A DNA stretch of 64,000 nucleotides from positions 434,001 to 498,000 of the forward strand of contig JAWMAR010000786.1 of assembly GCA_036785375.1 (NCBI GenBank), given 5' to 3'. This document shows, piece by piece, positions 36,471 to 47,815 of the stretch. The position numbers and the translations under genes were made by a program. The DNA is from Leucoraja ocellata (taxonomy: Eukaryota). Under the pieces are notes generated by a model, which saw only the letters and a list, made by a program, of their open reading frames with translations, did no database searches and was not told the origin of the DNA. How positions within the stretch are numbered: position 1 is the stretch's first letter; every line of letters starts with the position of its first letter.

Positions 36471-37397
36471 ATTGAATTGAATTGAATTCCTTTATTGTCA
36501 TTCAGACCTTACGGTCTGAACGAAATTTCGTGCCTGCAGTCATACATACAATCATACAATAATAACAACACTAAACACAAATTAACATCCACCACAGTGT
36601 ATCCTCCAAGCACCTCCTCATTGTGGTGGAGGCAAAAATCTTAGGGCTGCAGTCTCTTCCCTCCTCTTCTCCCTCTGCGCTGAGGCGATTCCCCACCGGG
36701 CGATGGTACAAACAGTCCCGCGGCTCACTGAACCCCGCAAACGGGCCGGCTCAAACACCGTGGCCCGGGGTGGTCGAAGCTGCCGCCCTCCAGTCCAGCG
36801 GACACAGCCGCTGGCCCGCGGCTGAACCCCGGACTCAGGTCATAGCCGCCAGAACGCCATCCCAGCCACCGGAACACCACGTGAGTGCCGTTCCTCCCTC
36901 GAGCTGGGCCGCTCCGACGGGAGCGCCGTTCCTCCCTCGAGCTGGGCCGCTCCGACGGGAGCGCCGTTCCTCCCTCGGGATGTGCCGCTCCAACAGTAGC
37001 GCTACAGCCCCTCACGGGAGAGTCTCAGCCTCTCGCCAGGCCGCCCTCACGGGAGCGTCACAACCCCTCACGGGAGCGCCGTTCCAGCCCCGAGCTAGGC
37101 CGCCCTCCCAGGGTGAGTTCTGACTGGCTGCCTCCGGAGTCTCGAGGTCGCCAGCTCCGCCATTAGGCCTCAGCGCAGACGGAGGCAGAGAAGGGGGATA
37201 CGACAAAAAAGTCGCATTCCCCCGAAGGGAGAGACAGCAAGCCCCGTTTCAACCTTCACCCCCCCCCACACACACACATAAACACAACCTCAAAACCAAA
37301 AACTTAACTAGACAAAACGAAAAAAAACAACACAAAAAAGTAAAGACAAACGGACTGCAGGCGAGCTGCAGCCGTTCACCAGCGCCGCCACTTCCGG
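36471..37397 (-). mobile_element. Full-length GC-rich non-autonomous retroelement with an internal 38-bp tandem repeat, 3' hairpin, AATAAA and (TTCAA)n tail, nested in a CR1 3' end
   Basis: CR1 3' sequence lies on both flanks (36410-36470 and 37400-37500). The hairpin TTCAGACC-TTAC-GGTCTGAA is at 36501-36520. The element is colinear with 58591-59276. Confidence 0.8.
36883..36991. repeat. 38-bp CpG-rich tandem repeat (~3 copies, with degenerate units to ~37110)
   Basis: GAGCGCCGTTCCTCCCTCGAGCTGGGCCGCTCCGACGG units start at 36883, 36921 and 36959. Confidence 0.92.
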
Positions 37398-37719
37398 AAA
37401 TGATGAGGAGAATGGGGTTGAGATTAAAAGATAGACCAACCATGATTGAATGGCGGCATAGACTTGATGGGCTGAATGGCCTAAATCTGCCACTAGAATT
37501 TATGAAAGTCGGATTATTTCACATGTTCACTCCTTGAATGCCCTCTTCATCCCTTGGTCTCAGAAACATATTGGATGGACGGATCAGCAAAAAGAGAATC
37601 AACAGTTTAACCATTTAGTGTCTGGGGAGCTGATGACTATTGTACTGCAGACTGACCATACTCTCCCACTAGAACAATATGAAACTAGAGTCTAATGCAC
37701 TTTCCATCAAATGGCGAAT

Positions 37720-38015
37720 GTCAGATACAAAAAGCTGGAGTTACTCAGCGGGTCACACTATCTCTGGAATAAAGAATGGAAGCAGCGTAGAAAGCAAAGA
37801 TAATGCTTTTATTGTAACTTTCTGCATATTTTCCATTCATTTGCCCCAAGTACCGTCTATATCTCTCCTTTCCCCTGACTCGGTCTGACTAAGGGCCTCG
37901 ACCCGAAACGTCTCCTATTCCTTTTCTCCAGAGATACTGTGTGACCCGCTGAGTTACTCCAGCTTTTTGTGTCTGTCTTTGGTTTAAACCAGTATCTACA
38001 GTTCTTCCCTACACA
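37720..38015. mobile_element. Penelope-type repeat in inverted arrangement
   Basis: caaaaagctggagttactcagcggg and ggtctgactaagggcctcgacccgaaacgtc...ccagctttttgtgtct. Confidence 0.75.
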
Positions 38016-39377
38016 AATGGTGAATGCCGCTCAATTTAGAAATATCCCCTGAACACAGCATCTTCTGGAGCCTTTAAAGAGGGTTGAGTGGTGTGGAGGT
38101 GTTCCTGGTTTTTACTTCTGGGCTAGTGTATTGAGAATATGTTTACTGCTGCATGCTGAAAGGGCTCCAATTGCAGCACTGGTGTCCCTGATTTTGAGCA
38201 AGAGGGCTTGTTAATATTTTATTGAATCTTCTATGTGTTCCAGGCACTTGCCGTTGTGTTTGGACTCTGGTTGGCATTGTACCACTTGGGAGAGGATTTC
38301 ATTGACAGCACAAGTGTGAAATATAATCAGTATTGTTTCCATGGAATTTCAACGCCAATTGCCATCGTGTTGAGCTGCTTACGCGATGCTCCGCCGTGCA
38401 CACCAGGCAAATGGGGTTGAGAGGGAAAAATATATCAGCAATGATCGAATGGCAGAGCAGACTCGATAGGCTGAATAGCCTATTTCTGCTCCTATGTCTT
38501 ATGGCCTTATAGTTTATTTCTGGGTTGTTATTTAGTCCATGTGTTGCGTAACAAGAATCAAAACAGTATACTTGGGTAACACAATTGCCCGAGGGTTGAA
38601 TTGGGTGACGACAATGAGGAAAGAAGGAGGCTTCCTCTCGTGAACTGGAAAGTGCATTGGCAGAAGGTGAAATCTTGCTGAAGTATAACATGCCTGTAAG
38701 TTCAAACTACCCAGAAGTATTGATGGCTTGGGCTCAAGTTAGTTGCATAGTTCACTGGAAGAAAGGGTTCAGTGAGACCAGTAGAACATATGATAATCTA
38801 CTGAATGGCTGCCTTTAACTCTGTTCTGTGCTGAAGCCAGAAAGTAGTGCATTCAGCTGCCTGTTCTCTTAATCTGCATTCCCTGATCTTATTAATTAGC
38901 CTGCTATTGCTACTTTATCGACCTATTTACTAAAATAGATAAATTGCATCTGCTGCATTGACATTGTCTACTCTGTTAACTCTTCAAAAGAACTCAGTAA
39001 GGTTAATGAAATTAGATTTTCCCTTGTGAAATCCATGTTGAAATCCATTACTGCACAATTTGTTTCAAGATTTTCTTTTGTTTCCCCTGTCGGAATTCCA
39101 TTGTTTTTTCCTCACACCAATCTTATGCTGTCTGATCTGTAAACCCTCTGGGCATATATCTCTCCCTTCTAAAATGTAGACATTGTGATTCCTAGCAGCC
39201 AGTCTAATGAAATGCCAACAAAGATCCGAACAATCTAATGCAAAAAAAAATTGCAGATGCTGAAAATCTGAAATACGATAAATAAAATAGACAAAATAAT
39301 GATTTAATAAGAGCAGAAAATGTAGGAAGAAGTCCACCAGCCATCTGTGGGGGGGGGGATGGGATTGACCTTGCATT

Positions 39378-39755
39378 AGTGGTGGCACAGCCCGTAGAGC
39401 TAATGCCTCGCTGCATCAGTGACCCAGATGCAATCCTGACCCTGGGTGCTGTCTGTGTTGTGTTTGTACTTTCTCCCTGTGACTAAGTGAGTTTCCCCAG
39501 TATTCCAGCTTCCTCCCACAACTCAAAAATGTATTTGTTAGTAGGTTAATTGGCCACTATAAATTATCCCTTGTGTGTAGGTAAGTAGTTGAATCAGGGC
39601 AGTGGTGTGTGTGAGGTGGGGTAGGGGCATCGAGAGAATGTGGGGTGAATTCAAAAAAAGGATTAATATAGCATTAGTGTACTAATGATTGATGGTTGGT
39701 GAGCAGTAAATAGGAACGGCAGTGCTTGTTTTTTGTGCTGCATATCTTTCTCCAT
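39378..39755 (+). mobile_element. Degenerate HE1/V-SINE-like SINE
   Basis: agtggtggcacagcccgtagagct head, gtgctgtctgtg...tctccctgtgac core and gtaggttaattggcc motif. Confidence 0.78.
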
Positions 39756-41528
39756 GACATTGTAAAGCTGATAAAAATAAGCACATTTTAAGTTGCCAAC
39801 AAGATGAGAGGCAGAGAGAATGAAGGGTATGTCTTGACATAGGATGAAAACCCAACGCCACCGTACTTTGCCTAGGTTTTCTTAAAATAATTGGACATAA
39901 TCCATTTTGCCCCAGGGTTTTAGCCCCTTTAAGTTTGGTTGCCATTTGAAACATTTATCACATCACTCACCCACTGTCTAATGATGTGTCCAGTTGTTCT
40001 ATCTCGCTCTTTAATACTGAACCAAAATAATGATTTAATGTTCTGGCATGGCACTGTTGTTGCCCATGGCATTGTCTATTTCTCCACGATGCCCCTGCTC
40101 TCTTCCCAACCTCTTTGTTTTATTGAAGTGCCTGTGAAATTATTTTGAATTATGTTGTATGTTCATTGACAGTTTAATTCTAGTTTTACATTGTTTTCTA
40201 AATTTGGGTCTCCTCTATTCATGTTGTAGCTGCTAGCTATGTATTTAATATAGGTCTCATTCCCATCTCTAAATTCTGAGACCTTAAATCACCCATGGAC
40301 GTTCGAGTGTTGAGTTTCATATGATCACGTGGCTGCATTCTGGATAAATTGGAAGAAACAGCAGAATGTGGATGCACGAGTTTCAGCACAGTACAGAGAG
40401 AGTTAAAACACATGCATGAAATAGACATTTATAGACAATAGATTTCTAGCGTTAGTTTCAAGAACAGAAGAGATTTTCCCTGTGCTTGGTTAATTTTTTT
40501 TAATCGCTAACCCAACACCATGAAATTAGATAGTCCAGTCATTGCTGCTCAAGGCCTTGGCAAGGGAGTATAGCATGAAAGTGCACAAACTATACTCCAA
40601 AAGTATTTCATAGTCTCCAAATTATTTTGAGACGGCAATGTACAAAAAAACAATTTATTTCTAGGTTTGATCCAGACGGAAGGGTGAGGGCAGTTGTAGA
40701 ATGCACCTGCACATGTGGTTAAAGAAGAAGGTAGGCACAAAATGCTGGCGTAACAGGCAGCATCTCTGGGTGAGAAGGAATGGGTGATGTTTTGGGTCGA
40801 GGCCCTTCCTGGGTTTTTTGTCTACCTTCAAGCATCTTGTGACTACTTTCGATTTAAACCAGCATCTGCAGTTCTTTCCTACACATGGTTAAAGACAAAG
40901 ATGGGGAAGTTTGCGCATTGCAAACAAAATCTGGTCTGCTTCTGAAATCCATGTGTGAAATTCCTGTCTTTGGGGATTTTTATGCTCTTTGAGTTTGCAA
41001 TATCACTCAAATCTTTGAGTTGGCAAGACTGGTAATATAGAGAGGGACATTTTTATGTTATTTCCTCTGATATTATTATCCAGATTATCTATAGGTGCAT
41101 TCTAAAATTAGTGGATTTTGCCCAAAGGATTGGCATATGTGTCTGCATTGAATTTATTAAGTTCAAAAGGAAAGTCATCAAAAACATGAAAGAAGTCCAC
41201 TCAGATTTTGGGATGGATTGATCTATTACCTTAAAGTTCTTGGATCTTCAGGCCCTTCCAATAAATGCAGGTTAGAGCAGCTCTTCTGTCTCTAATTAAG
41301 GATTAGGGTCTCAAAACACCCTGCCACCTTTCTTTTGTTTCCAACTGACATTGTAACTTATCACTGTCTGCAGCTTTAAAATGTGGGAAAGGACCCAGAG
41401 CTCCCTTAAATGCACCAATTGAGTGATTATAGGTTCGGAGATGCTGGCCAGGTGCAGACACGTCCTGGTGTGACAAACAGTATTTTGAAATGGTTTTTGG
41501 AGAGGCTGCTCCAATCTAGACGACATTA

Positions 41529-41592
41529 AGGGCCTATCCCACTTGGGCGACCTAATCCGCGAGTTCTGGCGAGTTTGCCCTCGACTCATACA
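41529..41592 (+). mobile_element. Truncated terminus of a related Harbinger-type MITE
   Basis: TTA|AGGGCCTATCCCACTTGG matches the TIR of 34154-34977, then diverges. No partner TIR was seen. Confidence 0.6.
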
Positions 41593-41599
41593 TACCAGC

Positions 41600-42260
41600 A
41601 CCTACACAGTGAATGGTAAGCCTCTCGTGAGTGTTGTAGAGCAAAAGGATATAGGAGTGCAGGTGCATGAAGGTGGAGTTGCAGATAGATCGGGTGGTCA
41701 AAAAGGCTTTTGGCACATTGGCATTCATCAGTCAGAGTATTGAGTATAGAAGCTGGGAAGTCAAGTTGCAGTTGTATAAGACGTTGGTGAGGCCGCATTT
41801 ACGAAGATGTTGCCAGGACTAGAGGGTCTGAGCAGTAGGGAGAGGTTAAGTAGGCTGGGACTCTATTCCTTGGAGCCCAGGAGGATGAGGGTGATCTTAT
41901 AGAGGTGTATAAAATCATGAGAGGAATAGATAGGGTAGATACACAGAGTCTCTTCCACACAGTAGGTGAATTGAGGACCAGAGGACATGGGTTTAAAATG
42001 AAGCGGAAAAGATTTAATAGGAATCTGAGAGAGAACTTTTACACACAAAGGGTGGTGGGTGTATGGAACAAGCTGCCAGAGGAGGTAGTTGAGGTAGGGA
42101 CTATAAAACATTTAAGAAACAGTTAGACGGGTACATAGATAGGACTGGTTTGGAGGGATATGGACCAAACGCGGGCAGGTGGGACTAGTATGGCTGGGAC
42201 TTGTTGGCCGGTGTGGGCAAGTTGGGCCTCTTTTCACGCTGTATCACTCTATGACTCTAT
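41600..42260 (+). mobile_element. CR1 3' fragment with (ACTCTATG)n tail
   Basis: ORF 41905-42126 reads YKIMRGIDRVD...FYTQRVVGVWNKLPEEVVE. Confidence 0.9.
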
Positions 42261-43290
42261 CCAACCTCTCCCTGTAGCTAAAACCCTCCAATCCAGGCAG
42301 CATTCTGGTCAACCGCCTCTGCACCCTCTCCAAACCCTCCACATCTTTCTTGTAATAGGGTGACCAGAACTGCAGGCAATACTCCAAACGTGGCCTAACC
42401 TGTAGAGCTGCAACTTGACTTTCTGACATATTTAATGCTCCTAGCAATGAGGGCAAGCATATCATATGCCTTCTTTAACCCCCTATCTCCATGGACTGCC
42501 ACCTTTAGTGAGCTGTGAACATGGACTCCAAGATCCCTCTGCACATTAGTACAGTTAAGGGTTTAGCCAATAACGGTATACTCTCCTTACATGCAACCTC
42601 GCAAAGTGCAACATCTCATACTTGCTCGGGTTAAACTCCATCTGCTGTTTCTCTGCCTATTTCTGCAGCTGATCTATATCCGACAGCCTTCCTCACTGTC
42701 TGCAATTCCTCCAATGTTGGTGTTGTCAGCAAACATACCAACCGATCTACTTTAAGTCTGGGTCATATCATTAACAGCAGTGGTCCCAGCACAGATCCCT
42801 GCAGAACGTCACTGGTCACAGTCTTCCAGCCAGAAATCCACCTTCCAGCACAACTCTCTGTCTTCTATGAATAAGCTAGTTCTGAATCCAAATAACCAAG
42901 TCATCATGAAACCCGTACATAATAATCTTCTGGATCGGCCTACCATAAGGGTCCTTATCAAAAGCCTTATTAAAATGCATGTATACAATATCCACCGCCC
43001 CACCTTCATGAATCTCCTTTGATACTTCTTCAAATTACTCCAAGTTAATGAGACACGATACTGCTGCGTACAAAGCCGTGCTGGCTATCCCTAATTAGCC
43101 CATTCTCTTCCAACTGGGACTAAATCCTATCTCAAAGAATTCTCTCCAATAGTTTTCCTATCACTGATGTGAGGATCGCTGGACTATAGTTCTCTGGATT
43201 CTCTGTACTAACAAAGGATCAACGTTAGCCATTCTCCAGTCCTCCGGGACCTCGCATGTGGCTTGAGAGGAAGCAAAGATCCTCATCACA
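42261..43290 (-). mobile_element. CR1 ORF2 (RT region) fragment, tail-to-tail with the preceding copy
   Basis: ORF 42244-42465 reads VRPRLEYCLQFWSPYYKKDVEGLERVQRRLTRMLPGL. Decayed RT motifs lie further along. Confidence 0.88.
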
Positions 43291-43583
43291 TCAACTGTTC
43301 GTTTCTTCCACAGATCTTGCTTGACCTGCTGAGATCCTCAAGCCTTTTGTTTTTTGTTTTATTTGATTCCAGCATCTGCAGTTTCCTGTGTCTCTGATGA
43401 GTGTAGAGGTTGAGACGTCAGATTTCAAATGCACAAAACGTCGGTTACTTGGAGTATTGTGCGTTCTGCTCACTGCACTGTAAGGATGATATGATTCAGC
43501 TTAAGGGGGTGTCGAGATGATTCACAAAGAGTTTACCTGAATTGGAGGGCTTGAGTTATAAGCAGAGATTAGATGAACTGAGT

Positions 43584-43705
43584 AGATAAAAATGCTGGAG
43601 AAACTCAGCGGGTGAGGCAGCATCTATGGAGCGAAGGAATAGGTGATGTTTCGGGTCGAGACCCTTCTTCAGACTTCGTTTCGGGTCGAGATCCTTCTTC
43701 AAAAC
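43584..43705 (-). mobile_element. Penelope-type repeat with a tandemly duplicated hammerhead-like core, nested in a decayed CR1 (43480-44050)
   Basis: gtttcgggtcgagacccttcttcaga occurs twice (43648-43672 and 43678-43702). Confidence 0.75.
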
Positions 43706-44049
43706 TGGGTCTGCTTTGCCTGGAGCAAAGAACTGAGATGTGACACAATAGAGTAGATAACATTTTGAGAGGTGTAAATAGGGTAGATTGCCAGAGTTTT
43801 TCCCCATCCTGGGTGTGTCTAAACTAGAAGGCATTGGTTCGAAAGTGAGAGGGAGGAGGTTTAAAGGGAGGTAAATATTTCACAGATAGAGAGAGCAGTT
43901 GGTGTCTGGAATGTACTACCAGAGGAGGTGATGGAGACAGGAACTAAAATCATTTAAGGGGCATCTGGACATGTTACTGAATGAGCAGGGCATAGAGAGG
44001 TATGGAATTAATGCAGGCAAGTGGGATAAGTATAGCATGTAATGGGCAG

Positions 44050-44470
44050 GTGCTATAGACCTGCACGGGAAGGTAGACACTCCTGCCCCCACGAGTCTCG
44101 GGCAGATGGGGCTCATCAGCCTGGGAAGGCAGTCCATCTAGGAGAGGGAAAACTCTAATTTAAAACCTCCACTGCCTTGTGGCCATATCTAGTCATGGAA
44201 AAAGCTCCAGGAGTAAACCTCAAGAAAATCCAGAGTCCCTAAGGCAGTTCGTTGTTGTCTATAACTCCTCTCTGGCAGCTCCTGCGACGCGCTGGTGTTC
44301 CTTTGCCCAACTGTAATGGCCCTGCTGTTCCTTTGGATCGATCAGCGACATGGAGAGGGGGGACGTGCTACATGAGCAATAGCCTGTCCTTCATATGACA
44401 TCACCCAGGCTTGCATCCGCCAAACTAGGATGCATCACCCATGGTCAGTCATGACCGAGGAGGGCCTACT
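44050..44470 (+). mobile_element. Probable non-autonomous RTE-derived element nested in a CR1 3' UTR
   Basis: Contains gggaaggcagtccatctaggagagggaaaactctaatttaaaacc, resembling the RTE 5'-UTR motif as I recall it. The CR1 tail resumes at ~44471. Confidence 0.55.
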
Positions 44471-46458
44471 GATGGTCAACATGAATGGAATGGACCGAAG
44501 GGCCATAGTCTCTGCTGTATAATTCTATGATGGTATGAAGTCGGCTTGAAACCGTAGATGATTTCTACAGTGGCTGAGTACAAAGAATGTGCCTCCTCTG
44601 GATACTGTTCTTCACCAGTCTGTATGGGTCCCTCTGAGACTCTGCAAATCCTTTTCCATCACTGTTGGGCCCATTATTTCATCAGCAGCGCACTGGGGTC
44701 ATTGGAGGTGTATTGCTTGTCGTATGTGTTCCCTTTTAATGACGGTTTCCTGATATCAGTTGTGAGACTGCCTGCTGGTAGCTAGAAGGTGTCACAATAG
44801 ATAATAGCATACTGAAACCCTCAACACACTGCTGCAAATACAAATCTGAAATATTGTGATCATATTGGCATAGAAATCCAGTTGTTTTTTGCACTTGTTT
44901 ATTAATGAGCGGTGAGAGGAATTTAAGAAGACTATGCAGTCGAGAAATCAAGAGTTTTTACATGGAGGGAGAGTTAAAGTGCAAGGAGAGTAGCAGGACA
45001 TTAAACTCAGGAGAGGAAAACAATTTGGTTAAATCTTAGGGTGAAAAGTTGCTACATGTAGAACTGTGTTGCATCTTTTTCGCTGAACTATTTTGCTGGT
45101 TACACCAAGTCCTCATTACTCGTGTGTGAGGGGGGCTCGGTCTTCCCACAGTTAACAAAATACTGCAGATTCCATAAAGGCAGATATCAGTGGAGTCCTG
45201 AAGTCGATCCCTCCATGGATAGGGCGGCTATAGTGTTTATGAGCTTGTAGGTTTGAATAGAAATATGTAATTGGCATTTCCAGTGCAGGTCATCATCCTT
45301 GTCCACTGGCTTTCTATCAGGGATGGGTCCAGATTGGGTATCTTACTAGTGCAGGGTAAAGGAGAGTAAGCAACTAAAGAAGAAGGAAATTACTTTCCAG
45401 CACCCGTCCCATATGTAAAGAAAACAAGTCTGGTTATTGGTAAAGATTCGGTTGATGCCCAGGGAAGTAGAGAAACATAGCACTGGCTTGGAGACACAAA
45501 AGCTGGAAGCTCGAGCCAAAAGCGAACTGCTATTGTGCATCGTGGCATCGATGTAAGATGCTGTTTGACCTGCTAACTTCCTCGAGCTGGAACTTGTTTT
45601 TAGTGCTATAGTACTGGCTAGTTGGACTGGTGTAGAATCTAAATCTTTGGCTTTTAATTTTTTTTTTTAGAAGCATCCAACACAAAAGGTAAATAGTTGG
45701 GCCATTGTGTTTGTGACAAGTCAATCATCAAGCTCTTTAATTATCCCTCTTCGTGTTTTCTTCATGGCCCAGTAATCTTTATTTGTTTCAAGTCTTTTCC
45801 TGCACTTTCCTGAAAGTTGCAATTAAATCTGTTTTAAACATAGTTTGCTGTGTCTGAAAGAAAAATCCCGAAATGTCCTTTTACCTTAAATTGTGACCTT
45901 TAGTTGCTAACTCATCTATCACTGGGAACAGTTCCTCTGAATCTACAGCTTCAAAAGCCATAATTACATCCCTCCTCAATCATCTTTGCTCCAAGAGGGA
46001 TGTGGGCAAAATGCAGGCGTGGGACTAGTGTAGATGGCACATGTTGGTCGGTGTGGGCAATTTGGGCCAAAGGCCCTGTTTCCACACTGTATGATTCTAT
46101 GAGAACAGTCCCAGCTTGTGAAGTGCCTCAGCCCCAATACTGTTCGAGGAAGGCTCTTCTGCATCTGCTGCAGGACTTTCCCAGCATGTGCAATAAGTAT
46201 TGCTGATACTTGATGTCTGATAGACCACATCTTGGAGCCTGACCCTATCCATGAATGTTCTAAAGTGTATTGCTGCTGCTTATTAATTAAAATGGATCGA
46301 GGTTGAGAACTGATTGAAAACAGCATTGGTATGGAATGGTCATCCCATTAACAGTTGCAAAAGTCCAAGCTTTGGTGGGAAGAATACAACCAGTTACTGA
46401 TGACATTTTAGATGTGACCCTAAATATGGAATTAAAACCTATCTCCTTCCCATTTCAG

Positions 46459-46513
46459 TGTCGGACACGTCACTAGACTTATCCACGACAAACAACAATG
46501 GGGCGTGTGTCAC
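46459..46513 (+). CDS. VAC14: VAC14 coding exon 10, divergent Ser/Thr-rich linker (LSDTSLDLSTTNNNGACVT)
   Basis: ctccttcccatttcag| acceptor and CAC|GTGAGT donor. The 55 nt are open and convert phase 1 to phase 2, exactly as needed to join exons 9 and 11. There is no recognisable protein similarity, so the call rests on splice signals and phase. Confidence 0.75.
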
Positions 46514-46830
46514 GTGAGTACCCAAGTTCATTTCTCCCACTTTGAAATCGCGAGAGCTCCAGTGGGCGATGGATAACTGCATTGTTTAAATCAATGTGGA
46601 ACTATGCAGACAAACACATTCATTTTGGTCCCCGGTCTATACTTTAAACCAAGTTAAAGTGCTCTCATTCTCGGCTGACTTGGTCAGAATAGTAATGATT
46701 TTAATGTAGATCTGAGAGGCAAGTCTTTTTAAAGAGAGGATAGTGCGTATATGCCAGAGGAGGTGGTGGAGGCAGTGGGCTGTGGAGCACAAGATTCAAA
46801 CACAATCTGTTATTGTGCGCTAAGGCTCTT

Positions 46831-47085
46831 TGCATCCTGCTTGAAGTGGAATGAAACTGCACTTGAATTTGGTGGCCTTGCATCCTGCTTGAAGTAGTAT
46901 GAAACTGCACTTGAATTTGTTGGCCTTGCCCCCTGCTTGAAGTGGTATGAAACTGCACTTGAATTTGTTGGCCTTGCACCCTGCTTGAAGTGGTATGAAA
47001 CTGCACTTGAATTTGGTGGCCTTGCTCCCTGGTTGAAATGGTAGGAAACTGCATTTGAATTTGGTGGCCTTGCACCCTGCTTGAA
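46831..47085. repeat. 48-bp minisatellite (~5.3 copies)
   Basis: Unit tgcaccctgcttgaagtggtatgaaactgcacttgaatttggtggcct starts at 46831, 46879, 46927, 46975, 47023 and 47071. Confidence 0.95.
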
Positions 47086-47308
47086 TAGCCGTGTCAACTG
47101 CCAGCCCACCAGCCGTGAGTGAGCTGCCAGCACATCAGGCTTGAGTGACTGAGCTGCCACCCCAATAATCCATTTGGCCAACAATGTCCATACTAGCCCT
47201 CTGTAAACCAGGCCTTCAGCCCACAACACCCATAGTGCTCCAGAACCCCCCACCCCCCCCCCCCCCCCCACCCTCCCCCCCATGTGAACGGGTCCCACTT
47301 AGTCTAGT

Positions 47309-47815
47309 ATCTCTTAAACGTTATGAAAGTACCTGCCTCAACTACCTCCTCCGGCAGCTCATTCCATATACCCACCACCCTTAGTGCAAAAACAAAGTTG
47401 TTCCTCAGGTAGCCATTAAATCATTCCGTCCTCACCTTAAACCTATGTCCTCTGGTTCTTTATTCCCCTACCATGCGCAAAATATTCTGTGCACTTACCT
47501 TATTCTTCTCATGATCTTGTACATCTCCATAAGATCATCGTCTTGCACTCCAAGGAATAAAGTCCCAGCCTGCTCAACCTCTCCCTTTAGCTCAGTCCCT
47601 CGAGTCCTGGCAACATCCTTGAAAATCTTCTCTGCACCCATTCCAGCATGACAACATCCTTCCCATAACATAGTGGCCAAAAGTGAACACAATATTCTAA
47701 ATATGGCCTCACCATAATCTTATACAACTGTAACTGTAACATGGCCTCCCAACTTCTATACTCAATACTCTGACCAATTATGGTCAATGGGTCGAAAGCC
47801 TTTATGACCGCCCTA
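47309..47815 (-). mobile_element. CR1 ORF2 3' fragment
   Basis: ORF 47587-47787 reads IEYRSWEAMLQL...VRPYLEYCVHFW...VQRRFSRMLPGLEGLS. Confidence 0.88.

Noticed and set aside
36623-37206. 166-aa and overlapping ORFs in the GC-rich element
   Set aside because: They derive from the 38-bp tandem repeat and are not preserved in the related copy at 58591-59276.
46831-47085. Regularly spaced repeats as a CRISPR array
   Set aside because: The units are contiguous 48-mers without unique spacers, there are no cas genes, and the context is a vertebrate intron.
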